From assembly GCA_044376115.1 (NCBI GenBank), contig JBILLK010000012.1, forward strand, positions 128,001 to 192,000: a stretch of DNA of 64,000 nt, written 5' to 3'. The notes under the pieces were generated by a model. That model was not told where the DNA came from and ran no database searches. It saw only the letters and a list, made by a program, of their open reading frames with translations. Below are positions 53,402 to 61,336 of this stretch, piece by piece. A program made the position numbers and the translations under genes. Source of the stretch: Polyangiaceae bacterium (GTDB lineage Bacteria; Myxococcota_A; Polyangia; Polyangiales; Polyangiaceae). How positions within the stretch are numbered: the stretch's first letter is position 1; every line of letters begins with the position of its first letter.

Positions 53402-54388
53402 TTAGAAACGTACCTTGAATGCAGCGCTGGTGGGCCCAACCTGCACAACGGCGTCCTCACCGTTCAGCACCACGCCTGGAATCAGCAACGCCAAGCCAAG
53501 AGCGGCCGAACCAAACCCCGCAGCGGCAGCGATGTTTGCAACGAGTTTGTCGGTCTCGGCCGCCTCCACATCGTTCTTGAGCGACGGGGGACAGACCTTG
53601 TTGGGGCACTCGGCCGCGAATTGCGCCTCATGATCGAGCGTCATTACCCCGAACACGGTGAAGGTTGCGATTCCACCCGCGCCGAGCGCGAGGAAGACTC
53701 CCCCAGCGGCCATGAGCGGAATCGCGTGCGAGCTACCCTCGTCAGCGGGCGGGGGCACAGCGGGTTTTGGTGAAGACTCCACCGTCTCCCCAGTGGGGGC
53801 GACCGCGAAATCGACAACCAGCTCCGCTCCGGCGGTGGCGTTGACTGAGCGGGTTTCCCGACCCGTTTCGGGACCGAAGACAACCACCACGGGCCCTGGT
53901 GTGACAGCGACGGAGTGGAGCGGGGAGACCGCCTGACCGCCGATGAAAACAGGTCCCACTCGCGCTCCGAGCTCAAAACGGAGCCGCGCAACCCGTCCGG
54001 TGATTTCGTTGCGAGCGGCAAGAGCGTCAGCATGTGAAGTTGCGTACTTCGCTTGATCCTCGGCTTGCGACGCCAGCTCGGCCGCTTCGTCGTAAGCGTT
54101 GTAGGCCTCGGCCCAACGCTCGAGGCCAGCAAGCTGATGCGCAATCAACAGCTTCGTGTTTGGACTTGCGACGATTTCGAAGGACGCCTGAAAGGCCGCC
54201 AGCGCAGCCGAGCGCTCACCGCGCTGCACCTTCCCGAGCCCATCCGTGAACAGCTGTTGCGACGCCGACTTCTGCTCCGCCGAAGCCTTTGACACGGGAA
54301 CGCCGGCCGCGTGGGCTTGGGTGAGACGAACGCTAAAGCCGGCGATGACGACTGCGTGAAACAGGAGACGCCGTAGCAACGAACCCAC
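53402..54388 (-). CDS. Exported TPR/PEGA-like protein with C-terminal hydrophobic segments
   Basis: Signal AHA; FQASFEIVASPNT TPR; PEGA-like beta region; CPNKVCP; ends VGPTSAAFKVRF. Confidence 0.75.
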   Translation of the reverse strand: MGSLLRRLLFHAVVIAGFSVRLTQAHAAGVPVSKASAEQKSASQQLFTDGLGKVQRGERSAALAAFQASFEIVASPNTKLLIAHQLAGLERWAEAYNAYDEAAELASQAEDQAKYATSHADALAARNEITGRVARLRFELGARVGPVFIGGQAVSPLHSVAVTPGPVVVVFGPETGRETRSVNATAGAELVVDFAVAPTGETVESSPKPAVPPPADEGSSHAIPLMAAGGVFLALGAGGIATFTVFGVMTLDHEAQFAAECPNKVCPPSLKNDVEAAETDKLVANIAAAAGFGSAALGLALLIPGVVLNGEDAVVQVGPTSAAFKVRF

Positions 54389-54479
54389 CTCGGGAGGTTA
54401 CACCGACAGCCTCACAAGCGCGATATACCCAATGGGCTTGCTTGACGCGCTGCAATTGGTGCGCAACTTCCTTCCACCG

Positions 54480-55190
54480 ATGTGCCCTCATTGTCGGACC
54501 AGCGCCCCTCTGATCTATCGCGGTGTCACTGCGTATTGCGCGGCATGTGGAAGACAGCGGACGGCACTTTCAGCCGACAGTCTCACGTATGCCGGTAAGC
54601 CAGCCCAGCTGGGAGCCTCGGTGGTGCGCGCGTTTGGTTGGGTGGGCCTGATGGCCGGTCTTCTGTTTGCGATCGTGACCGGCCTGTTAGTTGGGGTGAT
54701 TGGAACACCCGTAGCCGGCCTGATTACCTTCGCCGCTTTTGCGCTCTTCAGCGCGCTGGTGTTTTACCTCGTGCGTCGCGGCGGCAGAGCCTTGGATGAG
54801 TCAGGGCAGGAATCCCTTGAAAGGAAGCAGGAGCAGGCGCTTTACGCACTCGCCGCGCGCAACGGTGGCATGGTGCACGCCTTCCAAGCAGCAGCGGCGC
54901 TCGATCTGACGGTTGACCAAGCGGACGCTGTGCTGACTCGTCTCAACCGCGCACGTCCCCTTGAGATTCAAGTGGAATTGAGTGACGACGGTCAGATTTT
55001 TTACGCCTTCGCACAGCAGCAAGAGCGGCGCAGATTTGCCGAACCTGCCGAGCGTCGCGTCCGCTTCGCCTCGCATCCGGGGCAAACCAGTGAGGTTGCG
55101 AGTGCCGCCCGCCCAATTCAGAGTGGAGCTGCACCAGCGATCGTGGATGCCGACTTCGAGCCGCTCCAGCGAACAAGCCGGCGGAGCTAG
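54480..55190 (+). CDS. Membrane protein with N-terminal zinc ribbon
   Basis: CPHC...CAAC, two TMs, wHTH-like C-terminal region (ELSDDGQIFYAF). Start 54480 or 54432. Confidence 0.7.
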   Translation: MCPHCRTSAPLIYRGVTAYCAACGRQRTALSADSLTYAGKPAQLGASVVRAFGWVGLMAGLLFAIVTGLLVGVIGTPVAGLITFAAFALFSALVFYLVRRGGRALDESGQESLERKQEQALYALAARNGGMVHAFQAAAALDLTVDQADAVLTRLNRARPLEIQVELSDDGQIFYAFAQQQERRRFAEPAERRVRFASHPGQTSEVASAARPIQSGAAPAIVDADFEPLQRTSRRS

Positions 55191-55238
55191 CTACTCAGCC
55201 GCATTCCGCTCGCAGTTCCATGCTACGAGCATGTCCTT

Positions 55239-55859
55239 GTGGAGGAGTTCTTCGGAGCGCAGGGGAAAGCTCGATTTGCGAGCGTCATCAGTCGAGCCTC
55301 GGTGAAGACCAGAGCCGAGATCGTGGTAGCGCTCCGTCGGCGAGCGACGCCCTACCCTGAGGTTGCGTTCTTAGGCGGTGGCGCGCTTGCCTTGCTGTAT
55401 CTCGCAGTCTTCCTCTACTACCCAGAGCCCTTCGCCTACGCGCTCCTTCCGGTTGAACTACTTGGCATGTTTGCGATCGGGGCGTTGCTTGCCACCTCCA
55501 GTTCGCGCCTGCACCGGCTGCTAACCGCAGCGAAACGACGCTCACGTGCAGTCCAGCAGGCCGCGAGCCTCGCCTTTTTGGAGCTTGGGGTCGGCACACG
55601 CGGGAAGGTGCCCGGCGTGCTGGTGTTCGTCGCTGGGCTCGAACAGACCGTGGAGCTCGCGACCGATGCAGTCACCCGCAAACGGCTCGGTCCGCAGCTA
55701 GAGGCTGTCGCTAAGAAACTCGACCGCTCTGTTCGGCTCGATCAAGACCTGCAGAGATTCGAGCAAGCGCTGCTCGAGCTAGTCGCGACTTTGGGCGAGC
55801 ACTTTCCGAATGACGCGGAGGCCGAAGCCGGGGCGGACAACAACGAGGACCCGTCGTGA
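55239..55859 (+). CDS. TPM-domain-like membrane protein
   Basis: KTRAEIVV, two TMs, AFLELGV, GVLVFVA.LE..VEL..D, LGEHFP...NE pattern. Confidence 0.7.
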   Translation: MEEFFGAQGKARFASVISRASVKTRAEIVVALRRRATPYPEVAFLGGGALALLYLAVFLYYPEPFAYALLPVELLGMFAIGALLATSSSRLHRLLTAAKRRSRAVQQAASLAFLELGVGTRGKVPGVLVFVAGLEQTVELATDAVTRKRLGPQLEAVAKKLDRSVRLDQDLQRFEQALLELVATLGEHFPNDAEAEAGADNNEDPS

Positions 55860-56350
55860 GCCGACTGACGCGAGTTGTGGTCGTAGCCCTTGGTTTGGTC
55901 CTCGGAAGCTCCAGCAGCGCGCTAGCACGCCCTGCAATTCAGCCTTCGGCCGCACCGTCCACCCAGCGGCCCAAGCCCATTCACGGCAAGCAACCGGCTC
56001 CACAACCGAAGCCCGTCGAGCCGTGGACGCAAACGCCCAAGTACGGCGCACCTTGGAAGAAACCACCGGCTCAAACGGATAAGCGCAGCCCGCCGATCGG
56101 TGGCTCAGCCTTCGAGTTCTTCTTTTGGATTTGGGCGCTCCTTGGAGTTGTTGCGAGCGCTGCGTGGGTCAGGGCAAGGCGCAAGAGCGTTGATTGGGAG
56201 CTGCGCAGCGCTGGAGTGCTACCGACGGATGGCAGCCCCCAAAGCGAGCCCACGCAAACCCCAAGGAAAGCCCCACGAGACGAAGACGATGCAGGGGACT
56301 CCAACAACGACGCCGAGAGCGAGCGGCTCAGCAGCCGTGGTGAACCCTAG
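55856..56350 (+). CDS. Hypothetical exported/membrane protein, Pro-rich
   Basis: Signal peptide, Pro-rich region, TM; GTGA overlap with the upstream gene. Confidence 0.55.
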   Translation: MSRLTRVVVVALGLVLGSSSSALARPAIQPSAAPSTQRPKPIHGKQPAPQPKPVEPWTQTPKYGAPWKKPPAQTDKRSPPIGGSAFEFFFWIWALLGVVASAAWVRARRKSVDWELRSAGVLPTDGSPQSEPTQTPRKAPRDEDDAGDSNNDAESERLSSRGEP

Positions 56351-56358
56351 CGCAGAGG

Positions 56359-57168
56359 TTAGCTCGACGTTTCTGCCGAGTGCACCGATGACTTCTGCGT
56401 TAGCCCTGGTCCCTTGACCCAGACAAACATGGCAGCGAAGGACATCAGCACGCCGCCAATGATAGCTGGTGCTCCAGCGGCCAAAGCACCGTCCGCTAAC
56501 TCGCCACGCACGAACGACAACTCCAAGAGACCACCGCGCACCAGCGGGCCGGATACGGCAAGCACTACGCTGTGCGCCACAATCGCAGCCCAGGCGCCAG
56601 ACCAGCGCGCATAGATCGCTGCGAACAGAAGCCCAGAGCACAGCGAGAAAAAGACAGCAGGTACACTCGCACCGCTCAACAGGAAGCCCGTGGGCGAAAG
56701 GAGCGCGGTGAATATCACGATTGGGCCGTCTGCAACGCCAGCCTCCCGCGCGAACCGAAAGGGCAACGCACGGAGCAGTAGCTCGTCACGAATCGCTTGG
56801 GTGAACGCGCCAAGCAAAGAAGCCAAAAGCATGACCGAAGGAGCACCAGCGCGAATGGCTGCAAAGCCTCCGACAAGGCTCGCAGCGAGCGCAAGGCCGA
56901 TCGCGACGAACGCTACTGCCCCGGCATAAACGCAACGCTTTCGCAGCTGCGTACGCTCAATCTCCTCGCTAACCCACGCCACGCCAGCGCGTCCGCTCGC
57001 AACATCAACGATCAGCGCGCCGAGCACGGCCTCCGCCAAGGGGGAGTTGCCAAGAAAGGACGCCAGCGCCAATAGCAGCGCGCGAATTCCCAAGATCCAA
57101 GCAACGCCGGAGAGCAGCAGGAGTGCGGGCGTTTGCGAGGGCTCAGTGGAGGGTGTGCCAGTTGCCAT
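56359..57168 (-). CDS. CPBP/Abi family intramembrane protease-like protein (degenerate motifs)
   Basis: Multi-TM; RDELLLRA in place of EExxxR; WAAIVAH. Confidence 0.7.
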   Translation of the reverse strand: MATGTPSTEPSQTPALLLLSGVAWILGIRALLLALASFLGNSPLAEAVLGALIVDVASGRAGVAWVSEEIERTQLRKRCVYAGAVAFVAIGLALAASLVGGFAAIRAGAPSVMLLASLLGAFTQAIRDELLLRALPFRFAREAGVADGPIVIFTALLSPTGFLLSGASVPAVFFSLCSGLLFAAIYARWSGAWAAIVAHSVVLAVSGPLVRGGLLELSFVRGELADGALAAGAPAIIGGVLMSFAAMFVWVKGPGLTQKSSVHSAETSS

Positions 57169-58180
57169 CGTGTTCGACTTTAGGGATCTCACTGGATTTT
57201 GTTCGGGTCGCAAGCACGTGGCGCTCATGCTGTCCGCGGCTGCGTGGGTTCACGCGACGGTGAACGCGCGACTTGGACTCCCTAAGCCAAACCCCGGCGT
57301 TCAGCGAAGTAGCGCTCGCCGCGGCGCGAGCTCGACCAGCCCGTCTGGCAAGGAAGCGCCATACGCCCAACGTCGTTGCAACCACCAGCACGCCCAGCGC
57401 GGCCACAAATCCCATGTGGCGACGCGCGGTCTCTTGATGCCACGCCATCTGAATGTCGCCTTCAGGAACCGACGACGCGCGCTCCAACGCAGTCTCGAAC
57501 GAAGCCCCTTGCTGCAACTCACGAGTAAGGCGTTCGAAGCCTCGATCGTGCCCCGCCACAAACCGAGCGAGGTCCCGAGCTGCAGCGCGCTCCTCAGCGC
57601 AGCCACCGACACAGTCGGCGCGGTCGAGCCTTGCAAGCGAATCGATAGAGGGGAGTCTGTCGTTCCAAGCCAGCTGCGCAAGCGTCCGGGTCTCTCCGAA
57701 ACCCACACCCAGAGAGAAGTACTCCGCAAAGGCCGTTTCGAACCATGTTGGGGCCAGCGCGCCGCCGGCCTCATGAAACGCGCGGCGGGCTAGCGAGAAA
57801 CGTGCAGCGGCGAGCAGGTCCACGGCCTCGCCCCGCGCATCTTTACTGGCGATTCGAAGAGCGTCACCACTTCCCCCAGGCCCTCCGTGCCAGAGTTCAT
57901 CGGGACTTGCGGCCACTTCAAGTGAAACCTCGCTCAACACCGATACTCCCAGCCGACCTTCGAGTTCTCGACGCACCAGGGGCAGTTCAGCGACCAACCG
58001 GCGCACCCGTTCCCGCGCCGACGGATGGTAACTTACGTGAAACCCTTCGATCTCAGTCTCCAGATAGACAGGAGGAGACATCGCGTTCGTACGTTCCACG
58101 GGCAATTCGGCGGCGGCCGAGCTGGCAAGGGTGCAGCCTGCAACTACGAAAAGGACCGTTGCCAGGCGCGCTAGGGTCAC
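57143..58180 (-). CDS. Peptidase MA-like domain protein lacking HExxH
   Basis: Signal peptide; PTWFETAFAEYFS resembles the P.WF.EG.A.Y motif; C-terminal TM and basic tail. Confidence 0.6.
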   Translation of the reverse strand: MTLARLATVLFVVAGCTLASSAAAELPVERTNAMSPPVYLETEIEGFHVSYHPSARERVRRLVAELPLVRRELEGRLGVSVLSEVSLEVAASPDELWHGGPGGSGDALRIASKDARGEAVDLLAAARFSLARRAFHEAGGALAPTWFETAFAEYFSLGVGFGETRTLAQLAWNDRLPSIDSLARLDRADCVGGCAEERAAARDLARFVAGHDRGFERLTRELQQGASFETALERASSVPEGDIQMAWHQETARRHMGFVAALGVLVVATTLGVWRFLARRAGRARAAASATSLNAGVWLRESKSRVHRRVNPRSRGQHERHVLATRTKSSEIPKVEHDGNWHTLH

Positions 58181-59088
58181 CGAGGAACCGTGCCTTCAAT
58201 CCGAACTGTGCCCTCGCTGACATCCGTTGTTTGAGAAACCACGAGCACCGTCAGTCCGAGCGCTGCCACACCTCCAGCGGCGATCCAAAACCATGGGCTA
58301 TCGATCAATCCCGTCTTGCCAGCAGGTGCGTCCGGAATCGGCGCCCACCATTCAAAGGGAGCGAGCGCAACCTGATTTCTTTCGGGCAACGAGCACATTG
58401 GCCCAGCCAAAGCCTCCCCCTCGATCGCTCGCGAACAAGGTGGCGAGAGGACCAGCTCGCGCGCTGCTTGCGCGACCTCGGTCGGCGACGCTTGTGGGAG
58501 CGGAAACGCGAGTTCGAAACGCAAAGGGTCAACGAATAGGGCCGGGCCGCTGGTCCCTTCGGGCATGCGATGCACCACAAGCACCTCAGTGGTGGCGCTG
58601 GTGTCTGCGCCCAAAGGCGGCTCCACGACCCGCACGAGCAACAGTGCGCGTGTGTTGGTTTGCTTGGCGACGGCAGCAAGCAGCACCTGGGTTGCAGGCC
58701 CATCGATAGGGCTGGTGAGAGCCGCTCGCAGGTCACGCAGCGAAATTGCTGCAGCACTTTCACTCACGTCCTCAGCACCACAGAGCGCCCGCACCGAGGC
58801 CTCGTCGACCCGCGGGGCGAGGCCGTCTTGTGCGTAAACAGTGCGGGCGACCTCTTTGCACAGCTGGCTGCTGCTCTCGGAAACAGGCCCCCAAAGCACA
58901 ACCCCGACCCCAGTGCCAAGCTCGGATGGCTGGGCGCAGAGTGGCTCGGCAACGAGGCTGACCGCACCAAGTGTGACCACGATAGGCCAGCGATTGCCCA
59001 GCGCGACGAACGACCGGCGGACAAGCAACAGGGCGGCGGTGACCATCGAGACAAGCGTAGACGATCGCCATCGCGAAAAGACGGGCAT
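58177..59088 (-). CDS. Hypothetical exported protein with C-terminal SPWFWI-TM tail
   Basis: N-terminal hydrophobic segment; C-terminal DSPWFWIAAGGVAALGLTVLVV. Confidence 0.65.
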   Translation of the reverse strand: MPVFSRWRSSTLVSMVTAALLLVRRSFVALGNRWPIVVTLGAVSLVAEPLCAQPSELGTGVGVVLWGPVSESSSQLCKEVARTVYAQDGLAPRVDEASVRALCGAEDVSESAAAISLRDLRAALTSPIDGPATQVLLAAVAKQTNTRALLLVRVVEPPLGADTSATTEVLVVHRMPEGTSGPALFVDPLRFELAFPLPQASPTEVAQAARELVLSPPCSRAIEGEALAGPMCSLPERNQVALAPFEWWAPIPDAPAGKTGLIDSPWFWIAAGGVAALGLTVLVVSQTTDVSEGTVRIEGTVPR

Positions 59089-59127
59089 TCAGCTCCATCG
59101 AGACGCCCGCGGCCCGGGCTCCGTGCT

Positions 59128-61320
59128 ATGAGCAGCGCGTCTATGTCATTCAATCAGGAGCCTGTAGCAGGAGACCCGGCGGGAGCTCCGTCGCTTGCGG
59201 TGGGCGCATACAGTGAAGCGCTAGTTCGCGGACGACGCGTGCTTGTTTTGGGGGACGCCACGTCGCCCCTCGCTGAACAACTGGCCGCCCGTGGCGCCAG
59301 GTTGGTTCACGTCTACGACACGCATCCAGGCCGAGTGAGCGTTGGCATGGCCAAGCGCGCGGCTGGAGACGGTCGCTCCAATATCGTCATTGCTCAGCTA
59401 GGGGATGACGTCGGTGTTCGCGATGGCGCTTTTGATGTCGTGGTCATCCCTGACCTGCCGTTGCTTGGCAGTGACATCAACGACCTGATTCGGCGTGCAC
59501 GCCGGCTCGTATCTCCGCTCGGAGTGGTGGTGATCGCCTCGCCAAACCCGGAAGCGGAGCGCTTCTTGGCGCTACCGCCCGCCAACCGTGAAGGTGCTCC
59601 TAGCTACTACGACCTGTTCGATGCCGTTTCGCTGCAATTTGCTGACGTGCGCATGTTGGGTCAGGCGCCCTTCGTTGGCTACGCGATCGTAGATTTCGCA
59701 GAAGCAGATCCTGCCGTTTCCGTCGACACCTCGCTGTTGGTCGAGCCTGAAGCTCCGGAGTGGTACATCGCCATCGCCAGCGACCGGCCGCAGACCTTGG
59801 ATCCCTATTCCTTGGTGGCCGTCCCGCTCGAAACGATCGCGGCTGCGATGCCAGACGAGCACGCGACGATCCAGCCGCCCCCGATGCAGCTGCAGCCTGA
59901 TCTGCCAAGCGATGACGAGGTGCAACTTGCGGAAGCAAGAGCGCGCATCACAGTTCTCACGACCGAGAACGAGCGCTTGCGAGAGGCCCAAGCGGCGTTA
60001 GCGCGATCGGAACGGCTTGCTTCTGACGCCACCGCAAGAGCTTCTAGCTTCGAGCTGCGCGTGACCGAGCTCGAGGCCGAGCGCGCCGCAGCCGTACTCA
60101 AAGCACAAAGCTTCGAGAGGCGCACCGAGGAGTTGGAACGCGCGCTCAACGACGCTGCACAAAGTCGAAGCTCGGCGCTGGCGGATGCTGCGCGAATTCG
60201 TGAGGTCGCAGTGGCCGACGCGACGCTAGCGCGCGAGGCGGCCTTGGCCGATGCGCGTGCTGCGAGGGAGGCGGCGGCACGCGACGTTGGGGATCGCGAC
60301 CACAAGATCGCCGAGCTCACCGCCCGTGTCGACACGCTACGGGTCGAGATTGAGCGCAAGTCCGAGGCTCTGCAGAAGAACGAGACACTCGCGATCGCTG
60401 CTCTACAGAAACGTAACGCCGAGCTCGAAGCGCAAATTCTCGCACTGGACCCGCCGACCCTGCGCTCCAAGGAGATGCGGGAGCAGCGCATCTTGGCGCT
60501 TGAAGGCCAACGCAATGAGCTACTCGCGCGTGAGAAGGAGCTACTCGCAAAAGAGAAGGATCTGCGAGCCACCGAGCGTGAATTGCGCGCGAGCCTGGCC
60601 GAGATAACCACGCAGGTAAGTGAGCTCTCGCGACGTCATCAACAAGCCGAGCAGCAACGAGTTGAAGCAGAGGAGCGCCGAAATACCGCTGAAGCCGAAC
60701 GCGAAGCGGCAGAGCGTGCACTAGCCGAGCGTCCGGCCGAGAACCTCAGCGAACTTGAAGCGGCGCTCAGCGAGGAACGCAGTAACGTTGCCAACCTCGA
60801 GGACGAGCGTCGTAAGCTGGAGGCAGCGCTTCAGCGTCGCGGGCACGACCTACAGCTCGTTCAACGCGAGAACGACGAGCTAGCGCGCGTTGGAAAGGAA
60901 CTCTTGCGTGAGTTCTTGGCAGCGTCCAGCGGCCACCCGCAACCAGTAGGCGGTGGCTCGAGCGGTGGTGGGATCGGAAGCAGCAATCAATCGCCGTCGA
61001 CCACTTCTCGGGACGAGACGGATGAATTGAAGCGTCGGCTTGACGCTGCGGTGAATGAGGCGGCTCGCCGTGAAGCAGACCGTGTGGCAGCCAATTGGAA
61101 GGTTGCGCAACTGACGCGAGAGCTACGAGAGAGGCCTGCCACGTCGGATTCGTCGGACGTGCGCACCCGTGAACTCGAGCGCGCGCTCTTTCGGGCGCAG
61201 CAAGAGCTAGCGCTCGTTAAGTCGGGCGCAGCAAAGGCTAATGAGCCCGCGCGGGATCTCGTGGAGGACGCCGTGCTCCTGGAGCAGGTCGGCCACCCAC
61301 GTGAGCTTCTAGCGCCATGA
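59128..61320 (+). CDS. Methyltransferase-like domain fused to long coiled coil
   Basis: RRVLVLGDA, DGAFDVVV, RRLVSPLGVVVIASPN, then about 450 aa of Glu/Arg/Ala/Leu heptad and hendecad repeats. Start 59128 or 59143. Confidence 0.8.
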   Translation: MSSASMSFNQEPVAGDPAGAPSLAVGAYSEALVRGRRVLVLGDATSPLAEQLAARGARLVHVYDTHPGRVSVGMAKRAAGDGRSNIVIAQLGDDVGVRDGAFDVVVIPDLPLLGSDINDLIRRARRLVSPLGVVVIASPNPEAERFLALPPANREGAPSYYDLFDAVSLQFADVRMLGQAPFVGYAIVDFAEADPAVSVDTSLLVEPEAPEWYIAIASDRPQTLDPYSLVAVPLETIAAAMPDEHATIQPPPMQLQPDLPSDDEVQLAEARARITVLTTENERLREAQAALARSERLASDATARASSFELRVTELEAERAAAVLKAQSFERRTEELERALNDAAQSRSSALADAARIREVAVADATLAREAALADARAAREAAARDVGDRDHKIAELTARVDTLRVEIERKSEALQKNETLAIAALQKRNAELEAQILALDPPTLRSKEMREQRILALEGQRNELLAREKELLAKEKDLRATERELRASLAEITTQVSELSRRHQQAEQQRVEAEERRNTAEAEREAAERALAERPAENLSELEAALSEERSNVANLEDERRKLEAALQRRGHDLQLVQRENDELARVGKELLREFLAASSGHPQPVGGGSSGGGIGSSNQSPSTTSRDETDELKRRLDAAVNEAARREADRVAANWKVAQLTRELRERPATSDSSDVRTRELERALFRAQQELALVKSGAAKANEPARDLVEDAVLLEQVGHPRELLAP

Positions 61321-61336
61321 AACGGAGATGATCGGA

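Noticed and set aside
58570..59127. N-terminal extension of the 916-aa ORF
   Set aside because: Overlaps the opposite-strand gene 58177-59088 and reads like shadow sequence; the plausible start is 59128 or 59143.
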